Below are positions 19,366 to 29,793 of a DNA stretch of 64,000 nucleotides, in pieces. A program made the translations under genes and the position numbers. Within the stretch, counting starts at the first letter, position 1, and every line of letters begins with the position of its first letter. This DNA is from an uncultured bacterium. Lineage in GTDB: Bacteria > Actinomycetota > Geothermincolia > Geothermincolales > Geothermincolaceae. The DNA is taken from positions 28,106 through 92,105 of the forward strand of contig CAWFDJ010000016.1 in assembly GCA_963814495.1 (NCBI GenBank), read 5' to 3'. The notes under the pieces were generated by a model, which was not told the DNA's origin, searched no databases, and was given only the letters and a program-made list of their open reading frames with translations.

Positions 19366-20413
19366 CCGCCGGCTCCTCCCGGCCTTTCCGGCCGTCGCCC
19401 TGCTGTCCGCGCTGCTCGCGTTGTCCCTGCTGGTAACGGCCGGCTGCGGGGGCGGGAACGGCGGCGGCTCCGATAAGGGGAACATCGAGCTGCCCCAGTC
19501 CGCCCTGCTGATGCGCATCGCGGACTCCGTCGACACCAGCCGCATGGTGGATACCATCACCTACCTCTCCTCGCCCGAGCTCAAGGGCAGGCCGGCGGGC
19601 TCCCCCCAGAACGGGGAGGTGGCCGCGTACCTGGAGGGCGAGTTCCGCGACCTGGGGCTCGAGCCCTTCTCCGCCCTGGGCCTCACCGGGCTGCGCCAGG
19701 ACTTCCCGGTGCCGTCCTCCCGCTGCTTCCTGGAGAACCAACCCGCCGTCGAGGAGGCCCTGACCATATCCAACGTCATCGGGGTCATACCGGGCACCGC
19801 CCAGCCGGACCGCTTCGTCATCGTGGCCGCCAACTTCGACGGGCTGGGCGTGGACGCGGAGACCGGCGATTATTACCCGGGCGCCGACTTCAACGCCTCG
19901 GGGGCGGCCGCGGTGCTGGAACTGGCCCGGGCGATGGTCTCAGCCGGGGAAAAGCCCCTGGTCACCCTGGTCTTCGCGGAGCTCAACGCCGAGGAGTGCG
20001 GCTACTTCGGCTCGCGCGCCCTGGCCGAGGCCTGCGAGATGGAGGGCATGAAGGAGGCAGTGAAGGTCATCGACCTGGAAGGCCTGGCGGCCGGCAGCGG
20101 TGACTACATGGACGTCTGGGACCAGAACTACGTCAAGAACCGGCCCGTCGTGGACGCCGTCGACGACGCCTCCGCCTTCCTGGGGGTGGCCCTGGAGATC
20201 AACGGGACCGGCGCCGGCTCCGCCTCGTCCATCTTCTTCATCTACCACATGGCCTGCGTGACCTGCGACTGGTCGTGGTTCGAGCGGACCGACCACCCCG
20301 ACTTCCACAAGACCACCGATACCGTCGACCGCATCAACCAGGTGGGGTTGAGCGAGTCCACCCGGGTAGCGGGGGTGGCCGCCTGGCTCCTGGGCATCCG
20401 CGAAGCCGACTGA
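19349..20413 (+). CDS. M28-family peptidase-like lipoprotein (some canonical zinc ligands apparently substituted)
   Basis: Lipobox ..LLVTAGCGG.., ..NVIGVIPG.., ..GADFNASGAAAVLELARAM.., ..FAELNAEECGYFGSRALAE.. resembling M28 aminopeptidase blocks. Confidence 0.5.
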   Translation: MPRRNSRRLLPAFPAVALLSALLALSLLVTAGCGGGNGGGSDKGNIELPQSALLMRIADSVDTSRMVDTITYLSSPELKGRPAGSPQNGEVAAYLEGEFRDLGLEPFSALGLTGLRQDFPVPSSRCFLENQPAVEEALTISNVIGVIPGTAQPDRFVIVAANFDGLGVDAETGDYYPGADFNASGAAAVLELARAMVSAGEKPLVTLVFAELNAEECGYFGSRALAEACEMEGMKEAVKVIDLEGLAAGSGDYMDVWDQNYVKNRPVVDAVDDASAFLGVALEINGTGAGSASSIFFIYHMACVTCDWSWFERTDHPDFHKTTDTVDRINQVGLSESTRVAGVAAWLLGIREAD

Positions 20414-20436
20414 TACATCAACGTGTACAACGGGGT

Positions 20437-20449
20437 CACTCCCTGAGGG
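20437..20449. terminator. Short hairpin CTCCCTGAGGGAG between convergent genes
   Basis: Perfect 5-bp stem/3-nt loop read from sequence; weak evidence. Confidence 0.3.
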
Positions 20450-20460
20450 AGCGGCTTGCC

Positions 20461-20961
20461 CTAAGAGCCGGCCTTCTCCGCCATCTCGCGGGCGAAGGCG
20501 CGGGCTTTCTCCAGGCGCGACTCGTCGGGCTGCCCCATGGTCTCCGGCCGGCGCTCCCCGAAGGAGCGCATCATCTCGTCGTCGCTCTTGAGCAGCAAGC
20601 CGGCGATGCCCTCGGCCAGCTCACCCTGGCAGTCGAACAGGCCGGCCAGGGCGGCCCCGGACGCCGCTTCCCTGCACTTGTCCAGCCACTCCCCGACCCC
20701 CTCCTGGTCCTCGGGGGCGGCATGGGTGATGAAGAGCGCCACCTTCTTCCCCGCCGCCCTGGCGGCGAGGAACTCCTTCGCGCTGTTCTCCGGCCCGAAG
20801 GCGATGATGGGGAACCCGATGAAGGAGAGGTCGTACCCGTCCAGGCTCTCCACCTCCGATAGCTCCCTGAGCTCCTTCTCCCCGGGGATCTCCCCGTAGA
20901 TGGCCTCGGCGACCTTGCGCGTGTTGCCCGATTGCGAGACGTATGCGACTAGTGTCTTCAC
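20461..20961 (-). CDS. Flavodoxin
   Basis: MKTLVAYVSQSGNTRKVAEAIYGEI.. FMN-binding N-terminus; 166 aa. Confidence 0.7.
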   Translation of the reverse strand: MKTLVAYVSQSGNTRKVAEAIYGEIPGEKELRELSEVESLDGYDLSFIGFPIIAFGPENSAKEFLAARAAGKKVALFITHAAPEDQEGVGEWLDKCREAASGAALAGLFDCQGELAEGIAGLLLKSDDEMMRSFGERRPETMGQPDESRLEKARAFAREMAEKAGS

Positions 20962-21046
20962 GGCTGCTCCTCCTTTCAGACGGCCCGGCGATACCGATAA
21001 GACGATTCTATCACCAGCCGGGTCTGGAGGCCGTACCCGTCCAGGG

Positions 21047-22123
21047 TCAACTCAGGGTGTAGACGATGGTGGAGGGGTCCGGCTGCTCCCACCCGACTTC
21101 CGGCTTCCTCCCCTCCACGAACTGGTGGACGGCCTGCAGGTGCCCGGCCAGCAAGTGCCCGTTGAAGGGGTTCTCCACCGTCACCCGCCAGGTCCCGCCG
21201 GAGACGGAGCACTCCACCGGGTTGCCCTGCCCCCGCGCGGCGATGCTGCCCAGCAGGGAGTTGCAGAGCCCTTCCTTGTCCACGGCCGAGCCGTTGCACC
21301 CGGACGCCAGGTACCCCTCGCTCAGGGTGCGCAGGGAGACGGAGCGCTGGGCGTCGATGACCAGGGGGTAGATGTCGTCCCCCAGTTCCCTCGCCAGCTC
21401 GCGGATGACCACGTTGGGAGTGTAGGCGTCCAGGAAGACCATGCGCATGTTGCGCTCCGTGTCGATGATGAGGCCGTCGTTCTCGCGCCACTCCAGGCTG
21501 CCCAGCTCCACCGGCGTCTTGCACCTGGGGCAGCGCTCGAACTCGTGCCGGCCCTGCTTGATGGGCTGGAGGGAGAAGTCGAGGCGGGCCGCGATCTCCG
21601 GCTTGGCTTCCGCCGGCTCGATGCGGATGACGTCGTCCCCGTTCACCGATTTCCAGGTATAGCCGAAGGGCTGGCGCTCCAGGCATTCGAAGGAACCGCA
21701 GATGACCGCGGCCATCAGCTCGCGGTCGAAGGGGTTGCGGATGATGGCCTCACCGTAATCGCCGGCCTTGTACCCGATGGCCTCCGCGTAGCCCATGCCC
21801 GTGCCCACGGCGACCAGGCAGAAGGCCTTCACCATGAAGCGCTTGCCCCCCGGCAGGTGCCGTACCAGCTTGGCGGGGCCGATGAGGTTGGACTGGATGA
21901 CCCTGGTCGCGACGTTCCGTTCCGCCTCGAAGAAGAGGTGGCGCAGGGACACCCCCAGCTCCTGCTCGATGTTGGTCATGATCCGGGGCAGGGAGTCCGC
22001 CTCGAGGAGCAGGACGCGGAAGCTGGGGTTGAGGCGGATACAGATGGTGCCGTCGGGCCTCCAGCGTATCAGCTTGGAATACACGGCCGCGAAGCCGCAT
22101 TTACCGCACTTCCTGATCTTCAT
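21047..22123 (-). CDS. Hypothetical protein with two CxxC-initiated repeats (paralog of 35391..36512)
   Basis: ..KCGKCGFAAVYSKLIRWRPDGTI.. and ..ERCPRCKTPVELGSLEWRENDGLII.. halves; clear collinear similarity to ORF 35391..36512. Confidence 0.6.
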   Translation of the reverse strand: MKIRKCGKCGFAAVYSKLIRWRPDGTICIRLNPSFRVLLLEADSLPRIMTNIEQELGVSLRHLFFEAERNVATRVIQSNLIGPAKLVRHLPGGKRFMVKAFCLVAVGTGMGYAEAIGYKAGDYGEAIIRNPFDRELMAAVICGSFECLERQPFGYTWKSVNGDDVIRIEPAEAKPEIAARLDFSLQPIKQGRHEFERCPRCKTPVELGSLEWRENDGLIIDTERNMRMVFLDAYTPNVVIRELARELGDDIYPLVIDAQRSVSLRTLSEGYLASGCNGSAVDKEGLCNSLLGSIAARGQGNPVECSVSGGTWRVTVENPFNGHLLAGHLQAVHQFVEGRKPEVGWEQPDPSTIVYTLS

Positions 22124-22236
22124 CGGATGCCTCCTTTTGCTTCCCCGCTTTGCCCGATGCCGGATCCGGCTTGCTCTGTATTATACCTTTTCCGTGCGGC
22201 GGAATGAAGGTCGCCGGAGTAGTCGGCCGGGGGCCG

Positions 22237-23478
22237 CTAGATGTGGAAGTGCTCCACGCGGCGGCCTTCCGTCTCCCGCATGCGCTCGATCCACACGAAG
22301 GGGTGGTGGATCTCGTCGTAGGTGGGCAGGTTCTCCTCGTTCTTCCAGGCCAGGTTGAGGAACTCCACCCCCTCCTTCTCGGCCACCTCGCGGCAGAACA
22401 GCTCGCCGATCCGGTACTGCTGCAGCTTGAGGTCGAAGCCCAGCACCTTCTCGATGAAGCGCTCGGCCCCGGTCTTGGAATCGCGGCGCCGGGCGAAGGT
22501 CTCCTTCATCTCCTGGTAGGTGGGGAGGATCTCCTTGCCCACGCCGTCCATGACGAAGTTGCTGTACCCCTCCACCAGGGACATGAAGGCCTGGATGCGG
22601 GCCAGGATCTCCCGCTGCTCGGGGTTGTGCACCACCGAGAGGAGGCCCCCCTTGTTGATGATCTCGTTGAGCCGGGCCGAGTCCTTCAGCTCCGCGGGGG
22701 AGAGGCCGGGGAAGAGGCGGTTGCCCATCTCGTTCATGCGCACGGTCACGCTGGCGAAGTACTCCTCCATCATGCGGCGCATGAACCCCCGCAGCCACGG
22801 GAAGGCGGCGAACTCGAAGGCGTGGGTGACCTCGTGCAGGGTGATCCACAGGCGGAACTCCGCGGGTGAGAGACGCATGCGCTCCTCCGCCTTGAGCATG
22901 TTGGGGTAGACGATGTAGAGCTTGCCGGCGCCCTCCAGCTTGGGCAGGCCCAGGTCGAACTGGCCCAGGACGTTGCGGGACAGGTAGCCCATGACCAGGC
23001 CGATCTGCACGGTGAGCGCCCCCTTGGTGAAGTGCCGCGACACCCTGGCCGAGCGCTTGCGCCGGCTCTCCATCTTCTCCAGGGTCGCCGCGTAGCTGCG
23101 CGAGAAGGGCTCGAAGATGAGCTTGAAGCTCTCCAGGTTGGCGTGGATCCAGGCGGGGCGGTCCAGCACGAAGAGGTGCCCCAGGGGGTCCGCGGGGGTG
23201 AGGCCGGTGAAGCCCTCCACCAGCTCGCCCGAGCGCTCGGACATCTCCTGGAAGGAGGCCTCCACCTCCCGGCCCGCCGGTGGGGCGGCCGGCCCGCCGG
23301 ACAGCGACACGATGCCGGCGATGGACTCGGACTGGTCCCAGTCTATGAAGTCCGTCCCGGTGGGGCGGAAGGCGTCACGCAGCGAGCGGATGAGGGGCAT
23401 GCGCCCGGCCCATCTCTCCACGAACTCGTTGACGCCCCGGATACTCGCGTCCCAGGCGTTGTCGTTCTCCTTCTTCAT
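22237..23478 (-). CDS. Zinc-dependent metalloprotease (HExxH)
   Basis: ..LWITLHEVTHAFEFAAFPWLRGF.. HExxH motif; family commonly annotated as zinc-dependent metalloprotease in actinobacteria. Confidence 0.6.
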   Translation of the reverse strand: MKKENDNAWDASIRGVNEFVERWAGRMPLIRSLRDAFRPTGTDFIDWDQSESIAGIVSLSGGPAAPPAGREVEASFQEMSERSGELVEGFTGLTPADPLGHLFVLDRPAWIHANLESFKLIFEPFSRSYAATLEKMESRRKRSARVSRHFTKGALTVQIGLVMGYLSRNVLGQFDLGLPKLEGAGKLYIVYPNMLKAEERMRLSPAEFRLWITLHEVTHAFEFAAFPWLRGFMRRMMEEYFASVTVRMNEMGNRLFPGLSPAELKDSARLNEIINKGGLLSVVHNPEQREILARIQAFMSLVEGYSNFVMDGVGKEILPTYQEMKETFARRRDSKTGAERFIEKVLGFDLKLQQYRIGELFCREVAEKEGVEFLNLAWKNEENLPTYDEIHHPFVWIERMRETEGRRVEHFHI

Positions 23479-23522
23479 GCTTCGATTATAGGGACTGGGG
23501 GTGGATAAATGTAGGGGCGGGG

Positions 23523-24173
23523 TCAGCTCTTCAGCCCCTGCGCCCGCAGGTCCTCGAGGGCCTCCTCGAGGTAGGCGCCCCGACAGCGCCCCGCCCGGAC
23601 CTCCTCGATCAGTTCCTCCTCGGTTGAGAAGTCGCGCTCGAAGACGGTCAGGCACTTGCCCACGGCGTTCTTGACGTGGGCGTCACTCCCGCCCACCGAG
23701 ACCAGCCCCAGGCGCGCCGCCTTCTCCGCCGCCTGGTCGTTGAGGTCCCGCTTGCAGCCGGCGTTGTGGGTCTCCACCGCGTCCAGGCGGGCCAGGACCT
23801 CCTCCGAGGTGCTCCCCTTGTACTTGCGGTGGTGGCCCCAGTAGCCCCGGGTGGGGTGGGCGCCGATGATGACGCCCCCTTCCTCGCGTACCATGGCGTA
23901 GAGCTTCTCGAAGTCCATGTCCGGCTCCACCGGCGAGGAGACGCCGAAGACCAGCATGTCCCCTTGCGGCGTGTAGACCTCCACGCCCCGGAAGACCACC
24001 AGGGCGTGCTCGTGCGCCATGTCGTAGACTATCTGGGCCCCGCGGTGCACGGTATGCTCGGTCACCCCCACCCCGTCCAGGCCCAGCCCCATGGCGGCGG
24101 GGATGAGCTCTTCCGGTGAGAGCGCGCTGCAGCGGGATGAGCGGTTGGTGTGTATGTGCAGGTCTACTATCAT
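23523..24173 (-). CDS. PHP-domain metal-dependent phosphoesterase
   Basis: MIVDLHIHTNRSSRCSALSPEELI..GVTEHT.. ..GGSDAH.. PHP motifs. Confidence 0.7.
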   Translation of the reverse strand: MIVDLHIHTNRSSRCSALSPEELIPAAMGLGLDGVGVTEHTVHRGAQIVYDMAHEHALVVFRGVEVYTPQGDMLVFGVSSPVEPDMDFEKLYAMVREEGGVIIGAHPTRGYWGHHRKYKGSTSEEVLARLDAVETHNAGCKRDLNDQAAEKAARLGLVSVGGSDAHVKNAVGKCLTVFERDFSTEEELIEEVRAGRCRGAYLEEALEDLRAQGLKS

Positions 24174-24249
24174 CTTGCTGTTCCGTTACTATCGTGGCAA
24201 CCGGCGCTTAGTTTAGCATAGAATAGGGACACAGGGAAAGGAACGCCGC

Positions 24250-25841
24250 ATGCTCATAGCCATGGTCCACGGTTACTTTCTGCACGGCACGGGGAGCAAC
24301 CTCTACGTGCAGAACCTCTGCCGGGAGTTCTGCCGCCTGGGCCACGAGGTCCACCTCTTCTGCCAGGAGAGCGCGCCCGGCGATTTCGACTTCGTGGCGC
24401 GCGCCTACGAGTTCCCCGCGGACAACCTCGAGCCCTCAAAGGTCCTCGACCGGGAGACGCCCTACGCGGGCAAGTGCGTGGCCTTCCGCCCCGACCTGGG
24501 CGGGCTGCTGCCCGTGTACGTCTACGACGATTACGAGGGATACACGGTGAAGGAGTATCCCGACCTCACCCGGGACGAGCTGGAGGGTTACCTGGAGCGC
24601 AACCGCCTGGCGCTGACCCACGTCTTTCAAGGGCGCCGGCCCGCCCTGGTGCTCTCGCAGCACACCATCATGCAGCCGGTGTACGCGGCGCGCGCCCTGC
24701 GCGGGGCGGGGACGGGCGGGACGCGCCACTTCATGACCGTGCACGGCAGCTGCCTCAACTTCTCGGTGCGGCGCTCAGAGACGCTCCAGGAGTACGCGCG
24801 CGAGGCGGTGGGGGCGGTGGACCGCGTCATCTGCGTGAGCGAGGCGGGGCGCCGGGAGTTCGTCGAGTTCTTCTCCGCTGTTGAGGGCGTCGAGACGCGG
24901 TCGCGGGTCATCCCGGTGGGGGTGGACATGGAGAAGTTCGTCCCCCTGGAGATGCGGGAGGAGAAGCAAGCGCGCATCGACAGGCTGCTGGAGGGCCTGG
25001 AGTCCGCGGGCGCGGGCGGGGCGGGAGCGGCACGCGGGAGATGGAGGTGGACCCGGGGGCGGCCGAGGAGCTCTCCGCGGTGGACTGGGCGCGCGACCCC
25101 ATCGTCGTCTACAACGGCAAGTTCCTGTGGACCAAGGGGGTGCAGGTGCTCCTGGCGGCGGCCCCCCTGATACTGGGGCGCCACCCCCGCGCCCGCTTCG
25201 TCCTGGTGGGCTTCGGCTCCCAGCGCCACTGGCTGGAGGAGATCGTCCACGCCCTGGACTCGGGCGACCTGGACCGCCTCCGCCTGCTGCTGCTGCGCCC
25301 CTGGGAGCTCTACCCCGAGATAGACCCCGACGCCTCCCGGTATCTCGAGGGGCTGGTGGAGGCGCTGGAGGACGAGACCTTCCGCGAGGATTATCTCAAG
25401 GCCGCGTCCGGGCGCCTGTGCGAGCGGGTCATCTTCACCGGCTACCTCTCCCACGACCTCCTGAAGGACCTGCTGCCCTGCGCCGAGGTGGTCACGGCCC
25501 CCTCGGTCTTCCCCGAGGCCTTCGGCCTGGTGGCGGTGGAGGCGCTGGCCTGCGGGGTCATCCCCCTGCTGGCCAACCACTCCGGCTTCTCCCAGGTCAT
25601 CCGGGACGTGGTGGACGAGTTCGCCGGCACCTTCGACGAGGTGAGGTTCAAGCCCCTCTTCCTCGACGAGGACCTGGCCCTCAACCTGGCCAACAACATC
25701 AACACCTTCCTGGAATATTACGGAGAGATGTACGCGCAGGAGCGCCGCTCCATCCGCCGGCGCGCCCGGGCCCTGGCCGAGACCAAGTACGCCTGGCCCT
25801 CCATCGCCGCCGCCTACCTGGAGCTGGCCGGCAGGAGGTGA
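24250..25841 (+). CDS. GT4-family glycosyltransferase (frameshift near 25040)
   Basis: N-terminal GT-B half (24250..~25040) and C-terminal half ..FGLVAVEALACGVIPLLANHSGF.. (EX7E-like) in ORF 25041..25841. Confidence 0.7.
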
Positions 25842-25956
25842 CGGCGGGGCCTTATGCCCGCCCTTTACCCCTTCATGCCTGGTTAACTTGGCGCCGGGCC
25901 ATCTGCTATGCTGGATGGGGAAGAGAGGCTTTTTCTTTTAAAGGAGTGGTGGAGAT

Positions 25957-27765
25957 GAAGGCCTTGCGCGTGTCGATCATCGTGACCCTGGCCCTGGCGA
26001 CGCTGGCGTTCTTCCCGGTTGCCGCGCAGGCCGCGGTGCCCGACAAGCCCACGGCCGTCTCGCCCAACTGGGGGGCCCTGGACGTGCCGGTCAACCCCGC
26101 CCTGTCAGGCTCCGCTTACTCCGGCACCGGGACCCACACTGAGACGCAGTGGCAGGTGGACGACTGCTACGAGTTTACTTCCCCCGACTGGTACCGCACC
26201 TCCTCAGGCCGAGGTCCAGACGGTGGTCAACGCGGCCAACGGCACCTTCGCCGACTCCCTGGCCGGCAGGACCAGCCTGGACGAGAACGAGCAATACTAC
26301 TGGAGGTTCCGCTACTCCAACGACAGCGGACAGCTGGAGCGAATGGTCCGACTACCGCTTCTTCATCACCACCACCACCACCTGGTACCTGGCGGAGGGG
26401 AGCACCGCCGGGGGCATGGAGACCTGGGTGCTGGTGCAGAACCCGGGCGACACCGACGCGGTGGTGGACATCGACTTCCAGACCGGCGAGGGGCCGGTGG
26501 CGGGGCCGCAGGGCGACGTCATCCCCCCCAACAGCCGCCGCTCCTACTCCGTGGGCTCCTACGTGACCACCTACGACGTCTCGACCAAGGTGACCGCCAC
26601 CTCCGGCACGGTCATCTGCGAGCGCGCCATGTACGGGCCGGGGCGGGCCTGGGGCCACGACTCCATCGGGGTCACCACCCCCCGCATCAACTGGTACCTG
26701 GCGGAGGGGGCCACGGCGGGCGGCATGGAGACCTGGGTGCTGGTGCAGAACCCCAACGCCTCGGCGGTGACCGTGGACCTCACCCTGCAGACGGAGGCCG
26801 GCGCCCTGTCGCCGCCGGCGCTGCAGGACGTGGACATCCCCGCCGCCAGCCGCCGCTCCTTCAACCTCGGCCTGTACGTGGAGACCTATAACGTCTCCAC
26901 CAAGGTCGCCTCCAGCGGCGCTGTCATCTGCGAGCGCGCCATGTACGGCAACGGGCGCGCCTGGGGGCACGACTCCATCGGCGCCCCTTCCTATACCTTC
27001 ATGTGGCTGTTCGCGGAGGGGTGCACCGGCGCGGGCTTCGAGACCTGGGTGCTGGTGCAGAACCCCATGAGCTACCAGCAGGAAGTGGCCCTGTTCTTCT
27101 CCGACGAGGTCGGCCCCATCGCCGTCTACCCCCGGTTCAACGTCCCGGCCAACTCGCCGGATGTCGGTGAACGTCGGGGACTACGTGCAGTCCTACAACG
27201 TGGCCGTCACCGCGGTCACCTGGAACGAGGCCGGCGGCACAATCGACACCGGCGGCAAGATCATCTGCGAGCGGGCCATGTACGACAGCGGCCGCACCTG
27301 GGGGACCGACTCCATCGGCATTCCGGGCATTGCGGCGCCGTTCTGGGCCCTGCCCGAGGGGAGCACCGCCGGGGGCATGGAGACCTGGGTGCTGGTGCTC
27401 AACCCCAGCTCGTCCGAGGCCGCTACCGTCAGCCTGGTGTTCATGACCGACGCCGGCATCGTCATCCCGCCGGAGCTGCAGGGCGTGGCCCTGCCGGCCT
27501 TCTCGCGCCGCTCCTTCAACGTCGGCGACTACGTGCAGACCTTCGACGTCTCCACCCTGGTGGACGCGGCCGACCCGGTGGTGTGCGAGCGCGCCATGTA
27601 CGGCCCCGGCCGGGCCTGGGCCCACGACTCCATCGGCTACATCCTGGGCTGGGGGGGTATCTCGTCCGCGTCGCGGGCTACTCCGCGGCCGGCCTGGGCG
27701 GCGAAGGCGCCACGCAGGTCGACCCGGCCGCCTGGCTCGACGGCTTCCGCGCCGCCGCCCGCTAA
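25957..27765 (+). CDS. Secreted protein with 4 tandem ~105-aa repeats of an unrecognised domain (repeat protein 1; several frameshifts)
   Basis: Signal peptide MKALRVSIIVTLALATLAFFPVAAQA; repeats begin at ~26383, 26689, 27003, 27339 with W[YF]LAEG.T.GG.ETWVLVQNP ... VICERAMYG ... W.HDSIG; ends at TAA 27763..27765 abutting a palindrome. Confidence 0.65.
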
Positions 27766-27788
27766 ATTTGGGGTCAGACCCCAAATTT
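27764..27788. terminator. Perfect palindrome AAATTTGGGGTCAGACCCCAAATTT at 3' end of repeat protein 1
   Basis: Read directly; near-identical copy at 29793..29816 after the paralogous gene. Confidence 0.5.
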
Positions 27789-27937
27789 AGTCCGGCCACA
27801 CAGCCTTGCGCGGCGCTTGGCTTGCTGCTATGATCTAATCAGCCGGGTGGGCGAGAAGAGCGCGAGTTCTTCCACCCGGCTTTTCGTTTTCCGTGGGAAG
27901 GCCCGTTGCTCGTTCCGTCACAGAGGAGGTAAAACGC

Positions 27938-29793
27938 ATGCACAAGTCCGCTGGCCCGTTCGTACGTTTTCTCGTCCCGATAACCGTCATCTTGATGGCC
28001 CTGTCGTGCCTGGCGCTGACGCGGGCGTCTCCATCGCCGCGCCCGCCGCCCCGACATTGATCTCGCCCGAGACGACTCGGTCGACCGTACCCGTCAATCC
28101 CGCCCTGCAGGCATCCGCCTATTCCGGCTACCCGGCTCACCAGGCCACCCAGTGGCAGATCGACGACATGCAGCGATTTCTCCACGCCGGAGTGGACCCG
28201 CGTCTTCCTCCGGCCGGAGACGCAGGTCCAGGTCAACGCGGCCAACGGGACCTTCGCCAACGAATGCGCCGGCAGGTCCAGCCTCGAGACGAACATGAGC
28301 TACTTCGGTGGAGGGTGCGCTACCAGGACACCAACAGCGACATGGAGCCCCTGGAGCGCTACCGGCTTCTTCGTCACCGCCACCGACACCTGGTACCTGG
28401 CGGAGGGATGCACCGCCGGCGGTTTCGAGACCTGGGTGCTGGTGCAGAACCCGGCGGATGAACGATGCCAGTCGTCAACATCCAGTTCCAGACGGACACC
28501 GGGACCGGTCTCGCCCCCCGCGCTGCAGAACCTGACCATCCCGGCCTAACAGCCGCCGCTCCTTCAACGTGGGAGTCTACGTGACCACTTACAACGTTTC
28601 CACCAAGGTCACCGCCACCCAGGGGACCATCGCCTGCGAGCGCGCCATGTACGGCCACGGGCGGGCCTGGGGGCACGACTCCATCGGGGTCACCGCCCCC
28701 TCGAGCACCTGGTACCTGGCGGAGGGGTGCACCGCCGGCGGCATGGAGACCTGGGTGCTGGTACAGAACCCCAACGCCACCGCGGTCACCGTGGACCTGT
28801 CCTTCATGACCTCCACGGGCTCCGGTCCCCGGTCCTCAGGATTACACGGTACCCGGCATATTCCCGGACGTCCTTCAACGCTCGGGGACTATGTCAGCGA
28901 CTACAACGTCTCTACTCAGGTCATTTCCTCCGGAGGAGACGTCATCTGCGAGCGGGCCATGTACGGCAACGGGCGGGCCTGGGGCGCACGACTCCATCGG
29001 CGTCACCCAGGCCGGCCTGCGGGTGGGTCTTCGCGGAAGGGTGCACCGCGGGCGGCATGGAGACCTGGATACTGGTGCAGAACACCCAGTTGAAGACGCC
29101 AGGACGTAAGGGCTTACGTGATGGACGATCCAGGACGGTGCTGGGGTACATCCCGATGACCGTCGGCGCCCGGCTCGCGTTCCTCGCTCAACGTCGGCGA
29201 CTACGTGCGAGTCGTACAGCGTCTCCTTCATCGTCGTCACCGTGGACGCTGCCGGGGAATACGACGATACCGGCGAGATCGTCTGCGAGCGGGCCATGTA
29301 CGGCAACACGCGCGAGTGGGGACACGACTCCATCGGCGCCGCCTTCCCCTGCCCGGTCTGGACCCTTCCCGAGGGCTGCACCGCGGGCGGCTTCGAGACC
29401 TGGGTGCTGGTGCCTGAATCCCATAGACGAAGCCCAGTACGTGGACGTGTCCTTCATGACCGACGAGCGGGCAGGTCGAGCCGCCGGACTGCAGGACATG
29501 TACCATGGAAGCCTTCTCGCGCAAGTCCATCAACGTGGGGGCTTACGTCAACACTTACGACGTCTCCACCGTCGTCGTAGGCGGACGACTCGTCGTCTGC
29601 GAGCGGTCCATGTACGGCTACGGCCACGCCTGGGCGCACAACTCCATCGGTTACCCCATGGGATTACGGGGACCCGCTGTCGATGACGTCGGTGTCCGCG
29701 TCTTCCGGCTCAGCCGGTTATCTCCGCGGCGAACTGCGACGGCTACTGGACGGGGTCCCGCGCCTCTACCCGCGCTGAACCTCACGCCGACTA
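27938..29793 (+). CDS. Repeat protein 2, tandem paralog of 25957..27765; reading frame broken at least 8 times (pseudogene or repeat-induced assembly errors)
   Basis: RBS GAGGAGG + ATG 27938, signal peptide MHKSAGPFVRFLVPITVILMALSCLAL; N-terminal ..VPVNPALQASAYSG..TQWQIDD.. matches protein 1; four WYLAEGCTAGG[FM]ETWVLVQNP repeats at ~28389, 28709, 29024, 29357. Confidence 0.45.

Noticed and set aside
26383-29500. Periodic DNA repeats (~310-nt period) as a non-coding tandem repeat or satellite
   Set aside because: The periodicity is in frame and encodes a conserved protein repeat with signal peptide, RBS and terminators, so it is coding.
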